Assembly (NCBI GenBank): GCA_002633005.1
Contig: NMRA01000377.1
Span: 1-64,000, forward strand
Length of the DNA stretch: 64,000 nucleotides
Direction of reading: 5' to 3'
From: Phoronis australis
Taxonomy: Eukaryota > Animalia > Phoronida
The notes below the pieces were generated by a model, which was not told the origin of the DNA, did no database searches, and saw only the letters and a program-made list of their open reading frames with translations. The number at the start of each line of letters is the position of its first letter. Positions within the stretch are counted from its first letter, which is position 1. This document shows, piece by piece, positions 37,101 through 45,513 of this stretch. The translations under genes and the position numbers were made by a program.

Positions 37101-40100
37101 CTTTGTATCACTGTGCATAGAGGTCACCAAAATATCCTTACCCCTCCTGAAACATTGTCTCTGTGCACAGAGGTTACCAAAATATCCTTACCCCTCCTAT
37201 ACTGTTGCCTATTTTCCACTGGCTAGTGCAGTCCATTGTGTTTGGTCTCATTCAATTCCCAATACATTCAATTAGGAATAGTAGATCTTCAGCAAAGTAA
37301 TTAGTTCCTTTGAAGCTGGTATCTGAGTCTTTTGTTTGTTTGTCCAATCCAGTGTGAGTTTGCTAAGTAAACAAATGATCTACTTCTTTGAAATGTGTAT
37401 AGGCCCCAAGGCACTGTTAAACTTGGTCTTTGCACAAGTTAGTTCTTACATTGATCGTCAGGTGGATGATCGAGATGCTGGTGGCATTTGTTATTAGGGG
37501 CTGGTCCAGGGTTATTAGGGGTTGATCAAGTTCATTGAATGAGGCCTGTATGTTGTAACAGATTTCTGAAGACCCTCACAATTCTTATCATGATGAGCCA
37601 AAATTGCAAACTAAGTACAGTAATTCTTCACTTATTTAGCACACAATATGGCCAGCAAGTGAAATTATGATGTTTTTTTTTCAAATTTCTCCATAAAATA
37701 TATCTTAAGAAAAAGTTTATTACTTGAATGGTTTGTTCTGTGTAGATGTCCTAAAGCAACATCTAGGTTTCCAGTATTTGTACTCAAAGTAATCTGGCTT
37801 TGGAAAAATGGAAACATGAAGAATTTGGCAATTATTTTTGTGCAAAGTAAGTGAAGAATTATGGTGCTGATATTATAACATCTCCACTTTAGGCAGACTA
37901 GTGAAATTTAATTGATCACTTTTTCCATGAAACATTTGCAGCACCAAATTAAATGGTTTTCCTTGATCAAGTTTTGTACGATAGGTGCCACCAGACAATG
38001 TTTTGAATGAGTATGGGCATTCAAAACCATGTCAGAAGTCTTGAAAAATTAAAAAAAGGTATTTTTGGTAATTATGGTTGTCCGAAATTGGTGAGATTTT
38101 ACCTTAAATCCCAAAACATGAACTAAAAATAATGTTACACTGCATCTTGCTTTAAATAGAATCATTGTTGAAGGATTTTCACCTAGAAGTTAAATATGTT
38201 GTCCTGGACTTTTCTGTACTGTCTGTTTTCCCATAACCGATTCAGGACCGAAGTTAACCGTCCATGCTGACTACAACTAACCAAAACATGGACGCATCAA
38301 TGTTAGTATGAAAGGGCCTTGAGACACTTGGAACCAAAATTGTGTCTTACAGAATGGAGATGATGGAGATGATTTTACTGACCTCTAGTGCCTGCTGAAG
38401 TGGGTTGTCTGGGAATAATGTCACAAGGTGGAACATACCTCTCTTTAACAAATGCACAGCTGGTAAACTGTCAAGCAGGTATGCCATGTATAAAACTACA
38501 AAAATATTAGCGTTTGATATTACTCTGATATGCACTATTTATTTTGCAGACCAAAGAACAAAAGGAAGAGATTGAAAAACTATTGGTCAGTTGTGGGTAT
38601 GTCCTCTGACTTTCCATCAACAGACATTCTGTCGGCAAGGAGGGACCTCAATCCCATCAGAGATGGAAGGAAGTCCAAGTGAGTTGAAAACTTTTCATTC
38701 GGTAATTCCTTACATGAGGCAACTCAAAATTTAAGGTTTGATTAATCTACCAAAATGTGTTTTCCATTTGTGAAAAATGAATAAAGGGTAAAAACTCATG
38801 AAAAAATTACTTAAACCAAGCTAGAAATAAACTAATAAAATTTACTTAATAGATTTTGTTTTTGATGGGAAATTGGGCAAAATAAAATTTGCCTTCTGCC
38901 ATACTGTGTTAAATAGTTGAAGAATTACCGAAATAGTTGTCATTTGTCACGTTGATGGCGCAGTTGCCTAGGGAGTTGCTATGCAGACATAAAAAATTTG
39001 AAAAGCTGAGAGGCTCAGTAGATCGTTCGCTTCTCCTACTAAGAGGTCTGAAAAAGGAATGTCTACCCTGTTCATGATATTTGAAATACATTAATTTAAT
39101 GAGCACACCAACAATGCTTTTTTGTTTCAGAACCAAATCCAGAAGAAGAAATCGAAAGAACAGGCGAAAAAACAGGAATAGACAAGTGAAGTTGGAGAAT
39201 TTTAATGACTTGTGGGTCAGAATAGACACTACCAGGTAAGTACCATGTTGAGCATGCTGCATGGCTTTGATCTCTTTTTCAGGTTTGGCAATGAGTTTGT
39301 TTTGGGCTGGGCTGATCGGATTAACGTGAAACTTAAGTACCATGCTTTTTACACTGTTTTCTGAAATGCATTCAGGAATTGTTTTTAAAATGTTCTACTT
39401 TTGCATGATGGACTCTCAGAAAAGGCCTTATTTTTATGAAAAAGTTGTGTAAAACGAATACAAATGATAATCTAGAAAATAAACTGTATCAGCATTTTTG
39501 AGATTTTATATTTAAGATTTATGTCATGCAAAAGTTGGTCATGTTGTTCATCTTGTTTAGCTATGTATGTAACTTTCTTTTGTGCTAAATTTTCCTAAAA
39601 AGGCTTCGTGGTGTGACGTTATTTGTGGCAGATTGGTATAAAGTCAAAAATCAAATTCTACAGAATTTATACTTTCAGAAAATATATACTTTTGCTGAGT
39701 TACGTCTATAGTATGTTGATGTTTGGCTAAATATAGATATACTTGTTTATAAGGTCCTACCTACATAACCCACAAATTTTATGTTTTCTCTAAATTTATT
39801 TTCAAAACTAAATGTCATTTTCTAAAGATGCATAAAAATTGAGCCCTCATTTCAATGAAAGTAAATAGGGACTTTGTCTTTCAAAGATGCCTACTAATTT
39901 GCAATAACATTGAGATTTTGATGTAGGGTTCAACATTGGTGTGTATCAAATCAAAAAATTACATCTGCAATGTTTTCACTCTAACTTCTAAAAAAAACGT
40001 GACATTGCGTTTACAATGGTGTGCCTATGACGTTCCATCTTAGCTACTACCAGATTTAGGGCTTTGATGAAACGGCCTCTAGTGTTCATTTTTGGATCTC

Positions 40101-40334
40101 AGTGATTTCGTGTGAGGTCATACCTCTTACTTTTTCAGTGTGGAACCACCGTTATCAACATCCACTGTTTATACAGAAACAGAACTGCCTATCGATCATG
40201 AGGAAGACATCGAAGTACATGACTACCTCCCGGATGACTACCACTACACGGACACAGCAAGCAGCAATGGCCTCTGTTGGCATCTAACCATAACAGTATT
40301 ATTGTGGTGGTACAGTAGTGAACTCACTACATGA
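1025..40334 (+). CDS. TIKI: Metalloprotease TIKI homolog (TraB-domain, TRABD2 family), full model join(1025..1126,4176..4736,27638..27959,30531..30621,38550..38678,39131..39235,40139..40334), 1506 nt, 501 aa
   Basis: All six introns are GT-AG with compatible phases and the join is stop-free. Family motifs are present: [62 protein letters not shown] and FNDLWVR. There is an N-terminal hydrophobic signal-like segment and a short hydrophobic C-terminal tail. Confidence 0.92.
1832..3294. repeat. 731-bp direct duplication (1832..2562 / 2564..3294) split by a single N; likely scaffolding artefact
   Basis: The copies differ at about 3 substitutions and the N is at 2563. Confidence 0.9.
2119..2279. 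mobile_element. Short non-autonomous TIR element (CAGGGGCGGATCCAG ... GGACCCGC family)
   Basis: Starts CAGGGGCGGATCCAG and ends with GGGGTCCAGACCCCC and GGACCCGC. Related degenerate copies at about 28015-28157 and 30655-30787, plus the duplicated copy at 2851. Confidence 0.6.
4176..4736 (+). CDS. TIKI: TIKI coding exon 2 (TraB domain N-half; [24 protein letters not shown]...ELDLSQ)
   Basis: Polypyrimidine tract and AACAG| acceptor at 4175, donor CAG|GTAAGT after 4736, 561 nt. Overlaps ORF 4206..4751. Confidence 0.97.
7880..8540. repeat. Decayed element with many CGAAGTT/AACTTCG motifs in both orientations (probable MITE with subterminal repeats)
   Basis: AAACTTCG-N7-CGAAGTTT near 8028-8050. 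GAAACTTCGCTT (about 8027) is inverted against AAGCGAAGTTTC (about 8460). Termini not resolved. Confidence 0.4.
9875..9912. repeat. 11-bp tandem repeat (ATCAAAGTGAC) x3.5 containing TCF/LEF core sites
   Basis: Directly visible: ATCAAAG at 9875, 9886 and 9897. Confidence 0.9.
12859..13000 (+). repeat. Dispersed repeat fragment (second copy about 39628-39770)
   Basis: Both copies share GGCAGATTG...AAAAATCAAATTCTACAG...CTTTCA...TTGGCTAAAT...AAGGTCC...ACATAACC. Confidence 0.65.
15845..16052. mobile_element. PIF/Harbinger-like (Tourist-type) MITE
   Basis: Imperfect TIRs of about 26 bp (GGGCCTCTTCCAAGAAACTGACTTA / TAAGTCAGTTTTCTTGGAATTGACCC), flanked on both sides by CAG (3-bp TSD), with internal CTTAAG repeats. 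Confidence 0.7.
18161..18401. mobile_element. Tc1/mariner-type MITE family A (about 245 bp)
   Basis: TA|CAGTAATTCTT ... AAGAATTCCTG|TA. Other copies or fragments with the same CACAATATGGC...GTGAAATT core lie at about 10160, 11870-11950, 20160-20661, 21490, 26570-26646, 31110 and 37618-37865. Confidence 0.75.
19075..19373. mobile_element. Tc1/mariner-type MITE family B (about 300 bp)
   Basis: 26-bp TIRs CAGTAGTTTTCAAAATAAACTAGACA / TGTCTAGTTTATTTTGAAAGCCACTG, preceded by TA. A second degenerate copy lies at about 34777-35140. Confidence 0.75.
20357..20573. mobile_element. Fold-back (long inverted repeat) element nested inside a family A MITE
   Basis: Arms 20369-20444 and 20487-20562 match at 66 of 76 positions with a 42-nt spacer. 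Family A sequence stops near 20320 and resumes near 20581. Confidence 0.8.
21964..22699. repeat. About 360-bp direct duplication (21964..22324 / 22339..22699) split by N at 22325; likely haplotype or scaffold artefact
   Basis: Near-identical copies with scattered substitutions and a single N at the junction. Confidence 0.88.
23735..25651. repeat. 958-bp direct duplication (23735..24692 / 24694..25651) split by N at 24693; likely haplotype or scaffold artefact
   Basis: Near-identical copies. This explains the twin ORFs at 24149 and 25108. Confidence 0.9.
27638..27959 (+). CDS. TIKI: TIKI coding exon 3 (VVFALNQTL...SFFFAFGA)
   Basis: Acceptor CTCCTCCAG| at 27637, donor GCAG|GTATAC, 322 nt. 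Overlaps ORF 27608..27973. Confidence 0.96.
30286..30363. repeat. 18-bp minisatellite (GGCAGACGTATGGTACTA) about x4
   Basis: Directly visible tandem copies. Confidence 0.85.
30531..30621 (+). CDS. TIKI: TIKI coding exon 4 ([30 protein letters not shown])
   Basis: Acceptor TTCCTTGTAG|, donor AG|GTAAGT, 91 nt. Completes the GAGH metal-ligand motif across the intron. Confidence 0.95.
35569..35627. repeat. 18-bp minisatellite (CGTCTGCTGCTAATGTAT) x3
   Basis: Directly visible tandem copies. Confidence 0.85.
36961..37205. repeat. About 50-bp minisatellite (CTGTGCACAGAGGTCACCAAAATATCCTCACCCCTCC...) x5
   Basis: Five tandem degenerate units. These explain the repetitive ORFs 36894 and 36952. Confidence 0.88.
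37618..37865. mobile_element. Tc1/mariner-type MITE family A copy
   Basis: TA|CAGTAATTCTTCACTTATTT ... AAGTAAGTGAAGAATTA inverted ends. Confidence 0.75.
38550..38678 (+). CDS. TIKI: TIKI probable coding exon 5 ([43 protein letters not shown])
   Basis: Acceptor ATTTTGCAG|, donor AA|GTGAGT, 129 nt, phase 2-2, open in the required frame. It has no family motif, so support comes from splice signals and frame only. Confidence 0.7.
39131..39235 (+). CDS. TIKI: TIKI coding exon 6 ([35 protein letters not shown])
   Basis: Acceptor TTTGTTTCAG|, donor CAG|GTAAGT, 105 nt. The polybasic run followed by F-x-DLWVR is typical of TIKI C-terminal regions. Confidence 0.9.
40139..40334 (+). CDS. TIKI: TIKI terminal coding exon (acidic linker, SSNG, hydrophobic tail, TGA)
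   Basis: Acceptor TTTTTCAG| at 40138, phase 2, joining ORF 40140..40334. Small residues followed by a hydrophobic end resemble a GPI-anchor signal. Confidence 0.8.
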
Positions 40335-41896
40335 AGTAATGACAAACAGGCGGGAGGAACGATGTGTAACACGAGCCAGGAAACATATCACTCGAACCAT
40401 GACTACTAGATATGTGCATATTTGCATTTGCATTTGACCTCTGGGTTCCTGTGACAAGGTGTCAAACACTTTCAACAGCTGAGGCCAACGGTTCACAAAA
40501 CAAGTCATTTGGTTCTTTTGAGACTGCAAACACCTTGGCAATACTGTTTGTATGTGCATTGTCTGTTACAAATTGGTCATTTTTGATTTTGTCTTTGCTA
40601 TGAAGCGGGGTGTACAGAAGGACTATTTTGTTGGATGTTAGACTGCAGGATATCCCTATGCATAATGACTTATGTATGTTGTCTCAGTAGCATTCTCTTA
40701 CAAGTTATTAGCGGTTACTAAACGCACCCCTGGCTCATGGTAGCATGTACAGTGTGGAGAACGTTCGTATTACAATTCAGTTGCTTCAGGACAATCTCTA
40801 GACATGTTATCCTGTACAAAGTGCTTGAGTACGATGTATAGAGGTTATTTACGAAGTGTACGGTATTGGATGAGTACCAGTTGTTTGCGCCATATCAGGT
40901 AAGGGAAGGGTAGTGAGTCATAACTTTGAGATAGTGGAGTATTTGAAAACGAGTTACTTTATCTGAGTTTTACTTAAATGCACACTTGTCAAAATTCAGA
41001 TTTTGAGAGATGAAACAACAGTGTATGAATACAAGCTGTAGTGTGAAAATCGAAGAGTGCATTGTACGCATGTTTTTATGTGTTGGAAAGAGTCTAAGAG
41101 TCGGAGTTGTTGTCAGCAATAATTTTTTGACAAGTGCATTGGTCATTGAAAGTGTTTTTTTTTTGACTTGCAGTGATTTGGTTTAATTTGATTGGTGCCT
41201 GAATTACATGTAAACTTGCCCTTCACGCAGTTGAAATTTTTATCTTGAAATGTCTGACTGTTGATTTGATATTGGAGCTATGATGTTTTTGAATAGTAAG
41301 TTACTAACTTAGATTTAGTTCAGAGACAGGTGTTGCGATACTCAGCACAAACCATTTCAGACTGGTCATGCACACATCCTCGTTTCATCTCACGTTCTGC
41401 ATTAGACGAGGATTTGCAATAAAACTGGACTTCGTCCATTCGTGTCATGTTAATGTAACCGTCTCCCATTAATCATTTATTAACCGTCTGTTGACCATGT
41501 CTTTAATAGGCCCATCCCGGATTGAACTCTTCTCTTATTGTAAATGGAGGTAGAAATATACATAGTACTCTTCTCTTCAGTGGAGATGGAAAATCACATT
41601 GCAGGACTGACTTACTTTTCAAAATACAGGCACTCCTGAGAAGATTAATAAGGGAACCATATCCAGCTCTGGATTCAGGCACCTTTATTCCACGAACGTC
41701 CCTATGCAGAAGAACTGCTGCCCATTATATTAATGTTATAGCAACAGCCACATGTCTCAGAAGATGTAGTGCACAAGACAGTATCCCTCAATATGTCTCT
41801 GAGTCAATCTGAGTTAGTATTAGGAGCCGTTTTAAACATTTTGTTTGAACAATGAATGTTTCTCTTTTTTGAGGTTTAAAGAACAAATGTTATATA

Positions 41897-42425
41897 TATA
41901 TAGTGACCCGAAAAAATACTCTGAAATATGAATTCCAGAAAATGGTTTTACTTTGAACTGGTGGTGTGTTTAGTATTACAGCAATCTCGAAGTTTCGTAT
42001 GTTAGGCATGAAAGTCGAGAGAAAATGCCGCTGTTGATTCTTATTACAGAGAAACAATGAATGGAAGCTTTCAGACGACACTTTTGCATGCTCCGCAGAA
42101 GGTACACTTCTCATTTAACTGTTGCATCCCGTATTCAAATCGAACAAAATTTACACTTCAAAAAACATACAAACAGTTCCTTTAATTGCTCTCCATCATG
42201 ATGCATCAACTTTGTTGAAAATGCTCAATGTTTTCTACAACCGTTACCATTTGGTGCCTAAGCTCATTTTTGCTCTCTACAATAACATTCTACTGTGGAT
42301 ATTTTTTCCAACTTCTGCATGGCAAATGAATTTTGGGATTCCCAGGATAGGAAAAGCACCATTACTTCCCAGCAAAGCCGCGTGCTGGTTTTTATATTTT
42401 TGTGGACATTTTTGGGCACCCTGTA
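41897..42425. mobile_element. Possible mariner-like non-autonomous element in the TIKI 3' region
   Basis: The right end TTTTTGGGCACCCTG|TA is a typical mariner-like terminus and the left end TATA-GTGACCCGAAAAAA is a degenerate match. Similar ends occur at about 19030-19044 and 36388. Confidence 0.45.
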
Positions 42426-43392
42426 TATCCTTCAGCGTTTCCAGTAATTACCCTGTACATATCACTGAGTGGCATTACAGGCACGTCAGAACATGTCTTC
42501 TCAAACTTAGCATAAACGTTTAGTGGTGACTTTGATATGAATACTAAAAGTTACCAGATTGTTGAGAGCTGCTACAATTGGAGCTTAGACGACTTATTTT
42601 TGTTAACTCAGGGTTGTGTATATTGTGTTCCGTTCAGGGCAGTCGACTCATTTGAGGTTTCACTTTGCTGGACATCCATGGCATCTGGTGGGATTTAATT
42701 TGAACTCATCTGTTTATGTAACAAGGTTCTGTGATCATTTTCAATTGTGTGTTTTGATCAATATGCACAGAATATTTTTAGTTTGACAAATGTTTTTCAT
42801 GTTTCAAAATCAGTGCAGTATGCCTTGAAATTACGCTTGCAAAAATTAGCAACGAAAGCAGTCATCAGTTTGCTAGATAATTTATCATTTATAATTTTTA
42901 TTTATTTGTGTAGATAAGACTTGCTAATTCATTAATAAAATCTAATTTTTGAATCTCGCATTTTATGAAGGTGAGCATTTTGCCGCTACTTTTCAGGTGC
43001 AAAACTTTCATTAGAGATCATAAATTACCAAACTTGTCTTCATGCGAGTGATAACTTGCATGTGAACAGTAACTTGCGCTTGAATATTGACTTGCATGTG
43101 AACAAACACAAAATATGTCTGTATTCAAATACTTCAAAATAAGCCAAGAAACCTAAATGCATAATCATTGTTAATCGAGGTTACATGTACCTTTGTGAGA
43201 AGTCTCGAGTGTTAATCTTTTAAAGGGCATGGTAATTGCCATTTACCTAGGTTTGGCAAGAGTTCATATCAAGACACTGCATGAATGATTTGCATCGTTT
43301 TGTATTTATTGTAATTATGAGTGAATGCTGAAAAGTATTCTGTATGTAATATCAATGAAACTGACTTTGTTTATCACAATGTTTTTACTGGC

Positions 43393-43398
43393 AATAAA
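43393..43398 (+). promoter_or_regulatory. Candidate distal polyadenylation signal of TIKI (AATAAA); proximal candidates near 41418 and 42934
   Basis: AATAAA at the end of a U-rich 3'UTR-like tract about 3 kb past the stop codon. Confidence 0.4.
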
Positions 43399-43949
43399 GT
43401 TTTATATTCGACTTGAAAGCCTCTTTAATCGACGCGTAAAATTCGCCGGGACTACCGTTCTTTTTCGCCATAACATTGTACGAGGTCTGTACTTACACTT
43501 GACTGATTAAAAATGGACGAGTTCAATGTTTTTCCACTCACCCACCTATTCACTATCCAGAATCCATGGCTTCCACTCCAGTCACTTCACAAACAAATAC
43601 AATAAGACAAAAGTAATCGATAAAATACTGTTTACGCCACCACGATGACAAATTCTTTTAGCGGTAAAAAGGCCTCGTTAAAACAATAAGGGCCGTAAAA
43701 TGCTAATTACACTATGTCTTAGCCACCTATAGCTATAGAAAAAGATCGGACATACTACAAATCTGGGATTCCGGGTTATTTTGTCTGTCTTTTGGCATGT
43801 ACTGTAAGTTTTTTCTTGCTTTACACTTTCACACTGGAAGTAGAATATTCCGAAGTGGTTCTCATTCATTCCCTTGCATATATCCATTCATTCACTAGTA
43901 CAACTGAGCTCAGAGGAGCAGAAGACACAAAAGGCTCGATTGTCTGCCA

Positions 43950-44025
43950 GTAAAGTCAGGATTAGAACTCGAACTCATGTCTCCCAAACAGGAGCCCGGA
44001 GCATAAACCACTGAGTCACTCTCCT
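43950..44025 (-). mobile_element. Degenerate tRNA-derived SINE head or tRNA-like pseudogene
   Basis: The minus strand reads GGAGAGTGACTCAGTGGTTTA...GAGTTCGAGTTCT, with A-box-like and B-box-like motifs at tRNA spacing. No intact cloverleaf. Confidence 0.5.
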
Positions 44026-44083
44026 ATGCAAGGAAGCAGTATTTTAAAACAACTTTACGCAACACCTGAGGTTACCTCACTAA

Positions 44084-44089
44084 TTTATT
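44084..44089 (-). promoter_or_regulatory. Candidate polyadenylation signal of EIF2S1 (AATAAA on minus strand)
   Basis: TTTATT on + about 1.27 kb downstream of the eIF2-alpha stop. Confidence 0.45.
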
Positions 44090-45240
44090 CACTTTTTGTA
44101 AAAGTTCATACAAATCTCATTCATGCTATCCCTTCAGACAACAGAGTTGAAAAAATAGCGACCCATATCAAAGCAAAAATATTGGCCACACCAAAGCCCA
44201 TTCTTGGACTCAAATTTGACCTTTTTCAAATTTCCTATCTAAAACTCATTGTCTTAATAATGTTACCCTCAGCTACCTTAAAGGAAGTGGTCACTGACAA
44301 ATAATCAAGCGGGGAACAATTTCGGAAAGAATTCTTCAACATAGGATGACTGACTGATACACTGTAATCTATGACTGCTTAAGAGAATAAATCTGATGAA
44401 TATTTTGAGTGAAAGACTTCGTGATACTTGGATCATAACCTGTTATACTTTTGGGGTCAGGAAACCATTCAGTAAAACATGCAGAAGTCATATCCAACTG
44501 AAGTGAGACATTTTCGTCCAGTAAAATGAAATCCAACTTATCTGAAGGGCTAAGCATACAAACTAGAAAACACAGTCTCATACATCTTTGTGAAGTTGAT
44601 TGAAAATACCATTCATGCATATCCAACTTCTGTTAGATTTTCTGCTGTTTTAAGTGAAAATCAATGATATTATATTTACTAAAACATTGCAATGAAACTG
44701 TAAGCCACCTGCTCAAGTTATACACAGCAAATTAGCCTACACAGTAATCAAACGATTCCACTTCAGCCCGCAAAACAAGATTTGTTTGGCCTTTCAGAAA
44801 CGCCGTCTTATCTCATTGCTGTGATGCTTAGGTTACAAAAGTTGATGGTCAATATTTTCTGCAAATATCAAAAGTGCCAAACGTTAATGAGTTACAATGG
44901 TGTTAGAGCACTGACTTGAATTTTGACGCCATTTTTGACCACATAGCAAGTTTTCATCATGTCATTAACATTTCAGTCCACTATTTCAGAAGAGTTTCAA
45001 ACCTTGCAAAAAGTTTCTGTACGAGTCGACATTTCACCAAGAACGGCACAAGTCCCGATTCTCCACTAAAAGTAACTTCCCAAGTTTCCAAAAACACTAG
45101 AAGACTTCCCAAGTTCATCGTATGATTCAATGTCCATCCTTTCAACAGCTCTTCTCAAGCTTCCGAATTCACTTCCCAACTCTACATCTTCACAGCCATA
45201 GCCCCGCCTCCAACCTATGGGGCCCTACCTTCACCTCATG

Positions 45241-45367
45241 ACCGGCCTTCCTACCCTTTCAGTCCTCCTTGTCCGACCTCCCTACCCCTTATAATCCTCC
45301 TTGTCCGACCTCCGTGCCCCGTTTAGTTATTTTTGTCCGACCGCCCTGCCCCCTTTAGTCCTCCTTG
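45241..45367 (-). repeat. 32-bp G-rich minisatellite x4 overlapping the EIF2S1 stop codon
   Basis: Minus-strand units: CAAGGAGGACTAAAGGGGGCAGGGCGGTCGGA / CAAAAATAACTAAACGGGGCACGGAGGTCGGA / CAAGGAGGATTATAAAGGGTAGGGAGGTCGGA / CAAGGAGGACTGAAAGGGTAGGAAGGCCGGT. Confidence 0.85.
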
Positions 45368-45513
45368 GCCACATCACCCCCTGCCTCCTCATCACCCTCC
45401 TCATCGTCGTATTCATCCGCGTCGTCATCGCCAGACACTTCAGCGTTCTCCTTCTCCAATTTCTCCAATTGTTTGGCCAACTCAATCTCGTCTGTATCCG
45501 ACACCACTTTGGG
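45355..45513 (-). CDS. EIF2S1: eIF2-alpha terminal coding exon ([31 protein letters not shown]...AKED*)
   Basis: CTACAG| acceptor, 53 codons including the TAA at 45357-45355. Confidence 0.95.
   Translation of the reverse strand, partial: PKVVSDTDEIELAKQLEKLEKENAEVSGDDDADEYDDEEGDEEAGGDVAKED

Noticed and set aside
36961-37205. Regularly spaced repeats resembling a CRISPR array (also 57240-58625)
   Set aside because: Whole units, including the would-be spacers, are homologous. The context is eukaryotic and there are no cas genes.
43950-44025. Functional tRNA gene
   Set aside because: Acceptor and anticodon stems do not pair. It is kept only as a SINE-like relic.
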